Shown in pieces: positions 17,959 through 27,189 of a stretch of 50,234 bases of DNA. Position numbers and translations under genes: made by a program. How positions within the stretch are numbered: position 1 is the stretch's first letter; every line of letters begins with the position of its first letter. The notes beneath the pieces were generated by a model that ran no database searches, was not told the origin of the DNA, and saw only the letters and a program-made list of their open reading frames with translations. Source of the stretch: Coleofasciculus sp. B1-GNL1-01 (GTDB lineage Bacteria; Cyanobacteriota; Cyanobacteriia; Cyanobacteriales; Coleofasciculaceae); assembly GCA_040220235.1 (NCBI GenBank), contig JAVJTO010000105.1; one strand, given 5' to 3'.

Positions 17959-18825
17959 TCAGTTACTCATATTCATCACGGAAATCCACCAGAGAAAGCC
18001 ATCAACCAGATAAAATCCGCCGATGAGCAAAAGCACAATACTGCCAAACCGAATAATTGCGTCAGAGTAGCCCAACAAAAAGCGGGTTTGTTTGACCAAA
18101 CTGGTGAAGAGACTGGCGAAAAAAATGATCGCCGTGTAACCCAAGGCATAACACACCATTGCCAAGGTACTCTGAATCGGGGAACCTGTGGCTGCACCCG
18201 CCGTGAGAACGGCAAACATGACGGGGCTGGTGCAGGGAGAACTCACTAAGGCAAAGGTTACGCCAACGCCATAGGGTCCTGCGATCGCACCGTTAAAACC
18301 CATCTGAGGTAAAGGTAGGCGTATTATCCCCAACAGCATCAACCCCATGAGGATAATCACGACACCGACAACAATCTGTACATAGCCTCGGAATTGAATC
18401 AATATAGCCCCTGCCCAAGAGGAAAATAAACCAAACAGACTCAGCATGGTTACCACTCCCAAGACAAATAACCCCGCTTTGACCAAAGCATCCCGGCGTG
18501 AGGTAATCTCACGGGTGCCAATGTAACTCAGATTGACAGGGAGTAGGGATAAAATGCAGGGAGAAATACTAGCGATTAATCCCCCAGCAAAGGACAAAGC
18601 CAGTAAAATTAAGGGATTATCAGTACGTTGTTGCTCAAACCATTGTCGATAGTTATTGCCAACCTCGAAGGCAAAATTCGTCAGTTCTTCTCCCAAAGGA
18701 CTTTGCCAAGATTGGCTAACCGCTAAAATCAGAATCACCGTTGTGCTAAAGACTAATCCGAGTAAGAGAAATTTAGAACGGTGGCGCTGGGCAGAGTGTG
18801 TCGTTAACGGTTTAGAATGTTTCAT
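17959..18825 (-). CDS. CcdA/DsbD-family disulfide interchange membrane protein
   Basis: SISPCILSLLP and SSPCTSP cysteine motifs with multiple TM helices. Confidence 0.88.
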   Translation of the reverse strand: MKHSKPLTTHSAQRHRSKFLLLGLVFSTTVILILAVSQSWQSPLGEELTNFAFEVGNNYRQWFEQQRTDNPLILLALSFAGGLIASISPCILSLLPVNLSYIGTREITSRRDALVKAGLFVLGVVTMLSLFGLFSSWAGAILIQFRGYVQIVVGVVIILMGLMLLGIIRLPLPQMGFNGAIAGPYGVGVTFALVSSPCTSPVMFAVLTAGAATGSPIQSTLAMVCYALGYTAIIFFASLFTSLVKQTRFLLGYSDAIIRFGSIVLLLIGGFYLVDGFLWWISVMNMSN

Positions 18826-18868
18826 AGTATGTAGAGACGTGTTATGGCGCGTCTATCATCAATTGTAT

Positions 18869-19112
18869 GTAGGGGTAGGTTTAGGAACAATTGTAGGGGC
18901 GGGTTTAGGGAATCAATTGTAGGGGCGGGTTTAGGGAATCAATTGTAGGGGCGGGTTTAGGGACTAAATTCAGCTATTCACCGATAACGGAACAACAAAA
19001 CCCGCCCTCCCCACCGATAACGGAACAACAAAACCCGCCCTCCCCACCGATAACGGAACAACAAAACCCGCCCTATCTCACCGATAACTGAACGAACAAC
19101 AAAACCCGCCCT
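18869..19112 (+). repeat. REP-like element with both arms tandemly amplified four times
   Basis: 4 x ~26 bp GTAGGGGCGGGTTTAGG... (18869, 18893, 18919, 18945), then 4 x ~33 bp CACCGATAAC...AAAACCCGCCCT (18979, 19012, 19045, 19079). Confidence 0.9.
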
Positions 19113-19131
19113 TATTTAGGCACAGGCGCAG

Positions 19132-20088
19132 TTAGTTAAAATCATGAGAACCTGAATACCCTGACAAATTAGCCAGTTGTTCTAACTGCATTCCTCCCCG
19201 ATAAAATTGACCATTAATTTCCCAGGTTGGAAAGGCTTGAATTTTGGCTTGACGACAGAGTTCAGGTTGAGCATTTTTGCCACGGGGGTCACATTCAATC
19301 GTGGCAACGTAAGCATAAGCTTCGGGTCCAAACTGTTTTTCTTGCCAGCGACAAACAGAACACCAGTAGGCTTCATACATTTTGGCACCACTTTGTTGCA
19401 GATGTTGGGCTAGAGCGACGTTTGCCGAAATTGCTGGAGATTGGCTGGGTTGAGGGGATTGAGTCTGGGGTTGAGAGGATGGAGTCGTTGCAGGTGGCTG
19501 AGGGGATTGAGCCTGGGGTTGAGAGGATGGAGTCGTTGCAGGCGGCTGAGGGGATTGAGTCTCAGGTTGAGAGGGTGGAGTCGTTGCAGGCGGCTGAGGG
19601 GATTGAGTCTCAGGTTGAGAGGAGGAAGTCGTTGCAGATGGCTGGGATGCCACGATAATTTTGGGAGATGGTTTAGGTTGAGAACTTTTGACCGATTGTT
19701 GTTTGGCGTAAGCTAAGTTGCGCTGATACTCATCTATTTTTTGGCTTGCCAGTTGTTTTTTCGGATGAGAGGATGGCGTTTTCTCCAAAAGTGCGATCGC
19801 TTCTTGCCAGCGATTAACAACTAGATTCCAGTCATCCGGGGATACAGCCGATTGTGTAATTGTCGCTGCACTCATCGCGGTATCCAGGGCTTGGGAGAAG
19901 GGATCAGGTTCCGGCGAAGCGGCTGGGGATGAAACAGATGTAGGAGACGCGGGAATCGGTGTTGCTGGTGTGTTCGGTTGTGCTGTGGGTGGAGGCGGTT
20001 CCACTTGAGAACACCCCGTCGCCAAAGTCAGTAGCGTTGCGGTTATTATTGGGTAAAGCAGGGGTAGATGGATTCTTGAACGTTGCAT
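19132..20088 (-). CDS. Lipoprotein with a helical domain, Pro/Gln/Ser linker and C-terminal thioredoxin-like domain
   Basis: Lipobox LATGC. AKMYEAYWCSVC...IEC...LC...FPTW resembles the Trx-like domain of cyanobacterial VKOR. Confidence 0.8.
   Translation of the reverse strand: MQRSRIHLPLLYPIITATLLTLATGCSQVEPPPPTAQPNTPATPIPASPTSVSSPAASPEPDPFSQALDTAMSAATITQSAVSPDDWNLVVNRWQEAIALLEKTPSSHPKKQLASQKIDEYQRNLAYAKQQSVKSSQPKPSPKIIVASQPSATTSSSQPETQSPQPPATTPPSQPETQSPQPPATTPSSQPQAQSPQPPATTPSSQPQTQSPQPSQSPAISANVALAQHLQQSGAKMYEAYWCSVCRWQEKQFGPEAYAYVATIECDPRGKNAQPELCRQAKIQAFPTWEINGQFYRGGMQLEQLANLSGYSGSHDFN
19451..19642 (-). repeat. Coding tandem repeat, 4 x 48 bp (QPETQSPQPPATTPSS)
   Basis: Units start at 19451, 19499, 19547 and 19595. 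Confidence 0.92.
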
Positions 20089-20162
20089 GGCTAGGGTTGA
20101 GGTAAGGGATCAGAAATCACGCATTCGTAGAGGAGAAGCATTAACATCCAGATTTTTCGATT

Positions 20163-21857
20163 TTACCTAACCCCTGAATTAGGTAAAGCCTCCATCCCAT
20201 TGGGAGTTTGTAACTTTTGCATGACAAACTCTTGATTGACCAATGCTTGCGGATGAGATGGATTCAATTCTAATGCCGTTTGCAAGGCTTCCAAGGCTTG
20301 AGGATATTGCTCTAAAAACCGCAGCGCAATACCTTTCCCTGCCCAAAAATCAGCATTCTCTGCATCGATCGCGATCGCGCGGTTGTAAGTCATCACGGCA
20401 TCACGGTATTGATCTAATGCCATTAACGCTAACCCCCTATTATACCATGCGGCTGCCGAATCGGGATTAATCCCAATCGCTCGTTCGGCTGCGGTGATCG
20501 CCTCTTGATAGCGTTCCAGACGGAAGTCTAAACCACTCAAATTTACCCAAATCTCTGCCAACGTTAGTACATCACCCACATTCGCATCCCCTAACAGCGC
20601 CCGTTGATAAGCAGCACGGGCTTCCTGATAGTCTCCCAATGTGGTGAGAATTCGGGCATAGTTAAACCACGCCTTCGAGGAATTAGGATTAATCACAATC
20701 GCCTGTTCTGTCGCCCCTAGCGCCTCTTCAAACCGCCCCATAAACCACAGCGTCGCCCCCCGACTACTCCAGGGATCAGCATAGTCGGGATTGAGTGCTA
20801 CCGCCCGATTAGCGGATGCCAAAGCCTCTTGAAATCGACCTAAACCCGTCAGCGCATCCGCCCGATGACTCCACGCATACGCCGCCCCTTCGTCTCCCCA
20901 GCGCCCATCTCCCTCTTGAATCGCTTGATCACAGGCGGCTAAAGCATCTTCGTATTGATCCAGTTGATTCAAAGTGGCACATTGATTAGCTAAGGCTAAC
21001 GAATAATCGGGACGAATTTTCAGCGCCCATTCCTGAGAAGTTAACGCTTCACCCGGTTGACCAATAATTAATAATACTTTACCTTGTTCCGTCCAAGCGG
21101 TTGCATCCTTAGGATCAATTGCCAAGGCTTGATCATAAGACTCCAAGGCGGCGTCATACTGTCCCAACTGAGTCAGAATTTTACCGCGATTTGTCCAGGC
21201 GATCGCAGGAGTCTGATTTCCCCAATCCCCATTCACTTGTAATGCCCGTTCACAAGAGTTAAGGGCATCATACGTCTGATCAAATTGGGATAATAACAGA
21301 CAGCGTTGCGCCCAAGCTAGGGAATAATTGGGATCACTTTGAACCGCTAAATCAAAAGAAAATAGAGCTTTTTCTCGTTCTGCTTGTCCCCAAAGAGCTA
21401 ACCCTTGATGATACAACGCATAAGCCCGTGTCACCTGATTCCAATTTTCATCAAGTTGCAACGCTGTTTCACAGTCAGTGATTGCGGCTTCATAGTTTGC
21501 CAACTGGATATTTGCCGCGCAGCGCTTTGCCCAAGCTTCAGAATGTCTCGGTTCTAGGCGAATCACTTGCCCATAAGAGGCGGCGGCTTCGGCATAATTG
21601 TCTAATGCCCGTTGAATATCACCTCGGTCAATCCAGGCTTGAGGTTCATTAGGATTCAACGCGATCGCTTGATCACAGGCTTCTAGGGCTTCTTCATAGT
21701 TTTTCGCCTCTTTTTGGGAAGCACAGAGGTTAGCCCAGTAACTAAAATCTTGTAACTGTAATCCCTCTTCACCTTGAGCGTTTAGACTCTGGGGGGAGGA
21801 TACAGTTACCCATAAAAAGGTACTTAGAAAAATAGAAATAATTTTGTTATTTGTCAT
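20163..21857 (-). CDS. Secreted tetratricopeptide repeat protein
   Basis: Signal peptide and many AW.nrG..L..LG.Y..A...YD.AL...P repeats. Confidence 0.92.
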   Translation of the reverse strand: MTNNKIISIFLSTFLWVTVSSPQSLNAQGEEGLQLQDFSYWANLCASQKEAKNYEEALEACDQAIALNPNEPQAWIDRGDIQRALDNYAEAAASYGQVIRLEPRHSEAWAKRCAANIQLANYEAAITDCETALQLDENWNQVTRAYALYHQGLALWGQAEREKALFSFDLAVQSDPNYSLAWAQRCLLLSQFDQTYDALNSCERALQVNGDWGNQTPAIAWTNRGKILTQLGQYDAALESYDQALAIDPKDATAWTEQGKVLLIIGQPGEALTSQEWALKIRPDYSLALANQCATLNQLDQYEDALAACDQAIQEGDGRWGDEGAAYAWSHRADALTGLGRFQEALASANRAVALNPDYADPWSSRGATLWFMGRFEEALGATEQAIVINPNSSKAWFNYARILTTLGDYQEARAAYQRALLGDANVGDVLTLAEIWVNLSGLDFRLERYQEAITAAERAIGINPDSAAAWYNRGLALMALDQYRDAVMTYNRAIAIDAENADFWAGKGIALRFLEQYPQALEALQTALELNPSHPQALVNQEFVMQKLQTPNGMEALPNSGVR

Positions 21858-21955
21858 TCGTCAAAACACTGATTTCGCAGATTTATTGGAGAGATAGGGG
21901 TAGGGGGTGAGAGGTTGGTCACACTGATTACACGGAAAGGTTATTTCTCTCATCT
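21843..21955 (-). repeat. Dispersed ~113-bp repeat forming the leader and first codons of the TPR gene
   Basis: Close match to 29847-29961 on the + strand. Confidence 0.85.
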
Positions 21956-22062
21956 TGAGAGAGAGGATGATGACGATTTTAAAGCACCGGAACGTCTCTA
22001 CAAGTGTCTCTTTCTTCCCCATTGCCTATTGCCTATTGCCCATTGCCCATTCCCCATGACAC

Positions 22063-23523
22063 CTATTTCCGACAATTATCACAATGTCCACATTTTAATC
22101 CCATCGCCTCCTTTTTAAACCCAAATGCCTTGAGTAAAAACTGCCAACGACATTGGCGAGTTGTCAGGTATTGTGTCATCAGTTTCTGTACCTGAACTTG
22201 GTGGGAACTTAAATTAGCCAAAGCGCGGGAATCGGGGGATGGGTGTTTGTGATAGTGAAAGGGATCTTGCCATTCCAATTGTTCAGCACTGTGTAGCAGG
22301 GCTAATGCAACCTCACCCTGGCGAAATTGTTGGCTGACAGCGGCTACATTTCCCTGTTCAGGTAGCTTTTTGACTAAACGCTGGGCATCTTGGTATTGCG
22401 ATCGCATCTGATCGACAAAAAATTGACGCTTTTGCTTATCCTCTGAATTTAACCACCCCGTTGGCTCACTGATCAACGTCAGCGCATCTGCGGGTTTGCC
22501 ATCTCGTCCACCCCGACCGACTTCTTGAATATATTCTGATAATAATTGGGGGGGCTGAAAATGGACAACCCACCGCACATTGGGCTTATTGATGCCCATC
22601 CCAAAGGCGCAGGTACACACCACAAATTGAGTTTTGCCACTTAGCCAACTCTGTTCAATCTCTCGCCGTTCTTGGGAACTTAACCCGGCGTGGTAGGCGG
22701 TTGTTGTATACCCCCGTTCCCCAAACCATTGGGCTAATTCCTCACTATCTCGCCGCGAACGGACATAAACTAACCCCGATTGCCGATTTCTGGCTTGGAT
22801 GAAGCGTAACATCTTCTGGCGGCGTCCCCGTGGTGTCCAGACGATTTGCACGTCTAGGTTGAGATTTTGGCGATAGGGACTGATTAAAAAGGCTTGGGGG
22901 TGTTGTAATTGCAACACCTGGCTGATGGTGTCTTGGGCGCTGGGATCAGCCGTCGCCGTAAATGCGGCGATCGGGATTTGGCTACCGGGTGGTTTAGATT
23001 TGAGTAGGGTGGGTCGTACTGCCCCTAGGCGTCGATACGCGGGTCGAAAGGTATCCCCCCATTGAACCAGACAATGTGCCTCATCGAGAATTAATCCATT
23101 AATTTTCAGATCAGGTTGAGAGAGTCGTTCCCAAACGGGCGCACTTAACAGGGTTTCTGGGGAAAGGTAAAGTAATCGCAGTTGCTGGTTTTCTAAGGCT
23201 TGCAGCGTGTGTCGCCGTTGTTGCGGGGTTAATTGACTATGTAACAGGGCGGCGGGTAAGTTGCGATCGCGTAATTCTTGTACCTGATTTTCCATTAGAG
23301 CAACTAATGGGGAAATCACCAAGGTTAATCCGGTTTGTAAAAGGGCGGGAAGTTGAAAACAAATTGATTTTCCCCCACCTGTGGGTAACACAATCAGTGC
23401 ATCTCGCCCTTCCAAAATACTCCGAATAATCTCACCTTGAGGTGGACGGAAATTATCATATCCCCATATTTTTTTAAAGGCGACGCGGACATCGTTCCAG
23501 GATGTGGTTTCGGTAATGCTCAT
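22063..23523 (-). CDS. recQ: RecQ-family ATP-dependent DNA helicase
   Basis: LPTGGGKS, DEAH, TATA, AFGMGINK, QEVGRGGRDG and C-terminal Zn ligands (CR...CGHCDNC). No HRDC domain. Confidence 0.9.
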   Translation of the reverse strand: MSITETTSWNDVRVAFKKIWGYDNFRPPQGEIIRSILEGRDALIVLPTGGGKSICFQLPALLQTGLTLVISPLVALMENQVQELRDRNLPAALLHSQLTPQQRRHTLQALENQQLRLLYLSPETLLSAPVWERLSQPDLKINGLILDEAHCLVQWGDTFRPAYRRLGAVRPTLLKSKPPGSQIPIAAFTATADPSAQDTISQVLQLQHPQAFLISPYRQNLNLDVQIVWTPRGRRQKMLRFIQARNRQSGLVYVRSRRDSEELAQWFGERGYTTTAYHAGLSSQERREIEQSWLSGKTQFVVCTCAFGMGINKPNVRWVVHFQPPQLLSEYIQEVGRGGRDGKPADALTLISEPTGWLNSEDKQKRQFFVDQMRSQYQDAQRLVKKLPEQGNVAAVSQQFRQGEVALALLHSAEQLEWQDPFHYHKHPSPDSRALANLSSHQVQVQKLMTQYLTTRQCRWQFLLKAFGFKKEAMGLKCGHCDNCRK

Positions 23524-23888
23524 GGGTATGCAGAGAGGTTAGGGACAGGTGTAGATATCTGAACCTGATACTTGTTTGTCTTTAAACGTTAATTTTTACT
23601 GACTAAGGGAACAATAGTTTAGAATTCCATAGTCAGTCACTACTTTAGCATAAGCCTGTTCCAAGCAAATCTCATCAAGTTGGCTTAAAGTTTTTGTTAA
23701 AACTCTTCTAAAATTCAGAGCAATAAAGCTTAATTATTTTTTAAGGTTAATGGTTGTTTTGTATGTCAATAAAACTGTGCTGATCACGACTGGCGTGATA
23801 ATAAGGCACGACACTGTTTCCGATCACAGCTTAGGCATAATTGATGCGGTAGGGACACGATACTATCGTGCCCGGATCTAGGTCGGTA

Positions 23889-25496
23889 TTAATTACCTAT
23901 TCGCAGTAAACGCTGAAAAATGCCCAAATTCTGATCCAGCCATCCTAACCACTCTAAATTACTAGAGAGCGATCGCGGCGGATCAGAAATCAGCGTATCT
24001 AGATCAATTAAGCGCCGGAAATCAACCCTCACCGGTCCGGAACGCTCACTTGTACCATCCCCCAGATAAAACTTGACTCCAGCCAGTTGCATAATAGTGA
24101 TTAACTCTTGTGCCATTAGTCCATAGCCAATCGTGGTGGGATGAATCCCATCTAACGAGAATAAACCCCCACTCACACGACCTGTACGATCCGAGACAAA
24201 GAAGCGAGAATCGGGGACAGGTGAGAGCATTTGCAGTTCTGGGGGCAATTCGTACTTTGTCCACCAATCAGGACGACTCTGGGGATCTTCAATGTAGCGT
24301 CGTGATGCTAACCGATCCAATAATCCACTCATTTCAAACACGTACCAATCGTGTCCTTGGTGGCGAGCGTCTTTGACGGTATCAACAATATAATTGTTGT
24401 ACTGGTCAATGGCGCTATCGATCGCACGCGCTTGCTGTGCCGTAATATTAGGGTCATCCTTGGGATCGAAATCCTTGTCGCTAATCCAAGGACGGGTATA
24501 GTAGGGGAAGTAGCGAGATCCGGGCGTAACCTTGGAACTGACCCCACGAGCGATGGGTGCGATCGTCACATGGGGAACTGTAGCCCAAATCACATGACGA
24601 GCGCGAATTTTTTTAACTTCTTTGACAACTTTATCTAGCTGATCTTTAAAGTGAATTGGACGCCAGACGGTGTATTGATTCGCCTGGTCTAAATCATCAT
24701 ATCCTTCATCACTCCAAACTACCTTGAGTTGGGAAACGCTACCCAGTGCATTATTCGCACCAATCAGGATAATCAGGGTTTCAATCCCATCTCCTTCACC
24801 ATTTTCCTGGGTTCCATCTGCGCCTAATGCGGCTGCGGCTTCTACAGGTGTCAGTGCTTGATTTTGTTGGTCTCGTGCTGAGTTTAATACCCTTAACGCT
24901 GCCCGTTCATTGGCATTTTCCACAATCTGTCGAAATAAATTATCCGTGGGTTGTTGTATCGCGGCTTGGCAAATATCGGCATTCCGAGTAATAATATCTC
25001 CCAGTTTCCAGCCATAAATGGCTAGATTGTGGTTAATTCCGATCGTATTGGGCGTAATCGAACCACGACCCCGTTCCCAATAATCTTCAACTTCATCCAT
25101 AAATTGACGGATGGCGAATACCGCAGAACCTAGTTCCCACCAATCCACGCGATCGCCAAATTCTCGTTCTAACCGCCGACTGAAATATTCCAGGTTTAGG
25201 GGTAGCCCTCCCAATCCCCCATAGGGCAAAGGATGACGGAACTGCTCATCCCAACCCATTTCCCAAGCAATCATCATCGGACAAGAGAGATTGGTATTAA
25301 AGATTGCCGCATTTTGAAAGCCTTGGGTGAGAGAATCGCCAATGGTTACCAGTCGATGTCGGGGAGTTCCTTGTCGATTTACGTTAACCGGAATACCCAG
25401 CGTCGGATCAGTAACCGGGACACGCGGTTGTGAGCGAATCATTACATCATCCGGTGTGTTGGGATCTCGCATTTGATCCGTAATTGATTCTGCCAT
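23889..25496 (-). CDS. SGNH/GDSL-type hydrolase-like protein
   Basis: Block I IGDSLTQG, block III IGANN, block V DGIHP. Confidence 0.75.
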   Translation of the reverse strand: MAESITDQMRDPNTPDDVMIRSQPRVPVTDPTLGIPVNVNRQGTPRHRLVTIGDSLTQGFQNAAIFNTNLSCPMMIAWEMGWDEQFRHPLPYGGLGGLPLNLEYFSRRLEREFGDRVDWWELGSAVFAIRQFMDEVEDYWERGRGSITPNTIGINHNLAIYGWKLGDIITRNADICQAAIQQPTDNLFRQIVENANERAALRVLNSARDQQNQALTPVEAAAALGADGTQENGEGDGIETLIILIGANNALGSVSQLKVVWSDEGYDDLDQANQYTVWRPIHFKDQLDKVVKEVKKIRARHVIWATVPHVTIAPIARGVSSKVTPGSRYFPYYTRPWISDKDFDPKDDPNITAQQARAIDSAIDQYNNYIVDTVKDARHQGHDWYVFEMSGLLDRLASRRYIEDPQSRPDWWTKYELPPELQMLSPVPDSRFFVSDRTGRVSGGLFSLDGIHPTTIGYGLMAQELITIMQLAGVKFYLGDGTSERSGPVRVDFRRLIDLDTLISDPPRSLSSNLEWLGWLDQNLGIFQRLLRIGN

Positions 25497-25612
25497 TGTC
25501 TTCTCGTCTTTTAGACTACGTTAAATATCAATTGTTACGGATTCCTGACTGCATTCACAATGTCCGGACGAGAAGATGTTAAGTTTTGCGTTTGATCCCA
25601 AATCCTAACGCA

Positions 25613-25708
25613 TAAGCTAAAACGCATTTAAATTGTGTATTAGCTGTTGCCTGTTGCCTGTTGCCTTTCAGGGTTTTAGGTATCCCAATTTAAATACCGA
25701 ACAGCTTA
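25613..25708. mobile_element. MITE-like element (TAAGCT...GCATTTAAA family) with TGTTGCC heptamer interior
   Basis: TAAGCTaaaacGCATTTAAA ... TTTAAATaccgaACAGCTTA. Confidence 0.7.
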
Positions 25709-25769
25709 ACGAATGACGTAGCTTGCTTCTCGATGAAAGCGAGTATGACGAATGACGATCCCCACCCAC

Positions 25770-26534
25770 TTACGCAGCTTCTTTGACGGATTCTCGGTTT
25801 TGATCGACCTGTTTGAGTGCCATTTCCAGATCGGTGGTTAGCTGTTGAGCGCCTTTTTTAGCTGACTGGTTGCAATACTTGGCGACATCTAAAGGAGATC
25901 CAATCTGAATATCAATATCAGAACCCCAGTGAGGAACAGGGTCACTATAACGGATACTAACGGGGACAATTTTTAATCCCAAACCCGGTTGATTAGATTC
26001 CGCTTGCAGGGCAATTCTCGCCATACCGGGTTTAAGTGGATTAACCTCACCATGACGAAAAATATTACCCTCAGGAAACATAACTAGGGCTTCGCCACGA
26101 CGCAGGAGTTCGACACTGTGGCGGATACTGCCAATTCCCGGTTGTTTGGTATTCACGGCAAATCCACCCATACGCCGAATAAACCAGCCTTGTAATCCTT
26201 TTATTTCATCTTGCGACACCATAAACCGCAAATCCCGTCCTGTGACAGGTTTCCCAGCCGCATAAGCCATGGTTAACCCATCCCAACGTGATCGATGGGT
26301 GGGTGCTAAGATAACTGGACCCGTTTGGGGAATGTTGGCTTGTCCCTTCACTTGCAGCCGCCCAAAATAAAGAGGCATGAGGATACGGCGACCCAAGGGA
26401 TAGAGGATGGAGGTTAACAAAGGGGAAACACTGGAGTTGACGGGAACTATTTTGGCGGAATTGACCGTCTTTGAATCAGGCTTGTCCAAGGTTGAGGAGG
26501 TTTGGTTCTGTTCACGGGATTGGAGTTGCATCAT
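25770..26534 (-). CDS. plsC: Lysophospholipid / 1-acyl-glycerol-3-phosphate acyltransferase
   Basis: HX4D motif (HRSRWD), FPEG, PLKPG. Confidence 0.85.
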   Translation of the reverse strand: MMQLQSREQNQTSSTLDKPDSKTVNSAKIVPVNSSVSPLLTSILYPLGRRILMPLYFGRLQVKGQANIPQTGPVILAPTHRSRWDGLTMAYAAGKPVTGRDLRFMVSQDEIKGLQGWFIRRMGGFAVNTKQPGIGSIRHSVELLRRGEALVMFPEGNIFRHGEVNPLKPGMARIALQAESNQPGLGLKIVPVSIRYSDPVPHWGSDIDIQIGSPLDVAKYCNQSAKKGAQQLTTDLEMALKQVDQNRESVKEAA

Positions 26535-26575
26535 AAGGGATTGTGTTTTTTGTGTTTCGACTCTCCACTTTTACC

Positions 26576-27136
26576 TTATGAGGTCTGACAACCCCTGTCG
26601 TCTACTGAAGGGACAGTTCTGTTAATGTCATGGTTAAGCGTTGATTGTCGATCGCGCTGGCGTCGTTGGGCAAACCAGGATTTCAGATATTCTCGACATT
26701 CGGTTTCCATAATTCCAGCCAAGACGGGTAAGCGATGGTTGGAGTAAGCGCTATCAGGACTATTAGCAACGGTGCGGATTGTGCCAGTTTTTGGGTCATC
26801 CGCACCATACACCAGCAACCCTAGCCGCGCCAAAATAATCGCCCCAGCACACATGGCGCAGGGTTCTAAGGTGACATAAAGGGTGCAGGTGTTTAAATGC
26901 CAGGTATTTAAGGCTTGTCCGGCTGCACGTAGGGCGAGGATTTCGGCATGGGCGGTGGGATCGCGATCGCGTTCTCGCCGATTTTCGCCAGTGGCGATGA
27001 GATTATCCTGATTATCAATAATCACTGCACCAACGGGGACTTCCCCCGCTTCCCCCGCCGATTTGGCGATCGCTAAGGACCTGTTCATCCAGTAGCGATG
27101 CTTTTGATAGGCAAGGTGATTAATAGGCGGTAACAT
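26576..27136 (-). CDS. tadA: tRNA adenosine(34) deaminase
   Basis: GEVPVGAV, HAE, TLEPCAMC, DPKTG. Confidence 0.92.
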   Translation of the reverse strand: MLPPINHLAYQKHRYWMNRSLAIAKSAGEAGEVPVGAVIIDNQDNLIATGENRRERDRDPTAHAEILALRAAGQALNTWHLNTCTLYVTLEPCAMCAGAIILARLGLLVYGADDPKTGTIRTVANSPDSAYSNHRLPVLAGIMETECREYLKSWFAQRRQRDRQSTLNHDINRTVPSVDDRGCQTS

Positions 27137-27189
27137 TTAGAGTAGATATATGAAGAAACTTTAAAACACCCCTTGGCGACTTTACCCTA

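Noticed and set aside
18869..19112. Possible CRISPR array
   Set aside because: Units are directly adjacent with no unique spacers, no cas genes are present, and the units are arms of a REP family.
19451..19642. 48-bp repeat as a non-coding array
   Set aside because: It is an in-frame Pro/Gln/Ser linker of the 19132-20088 gene.
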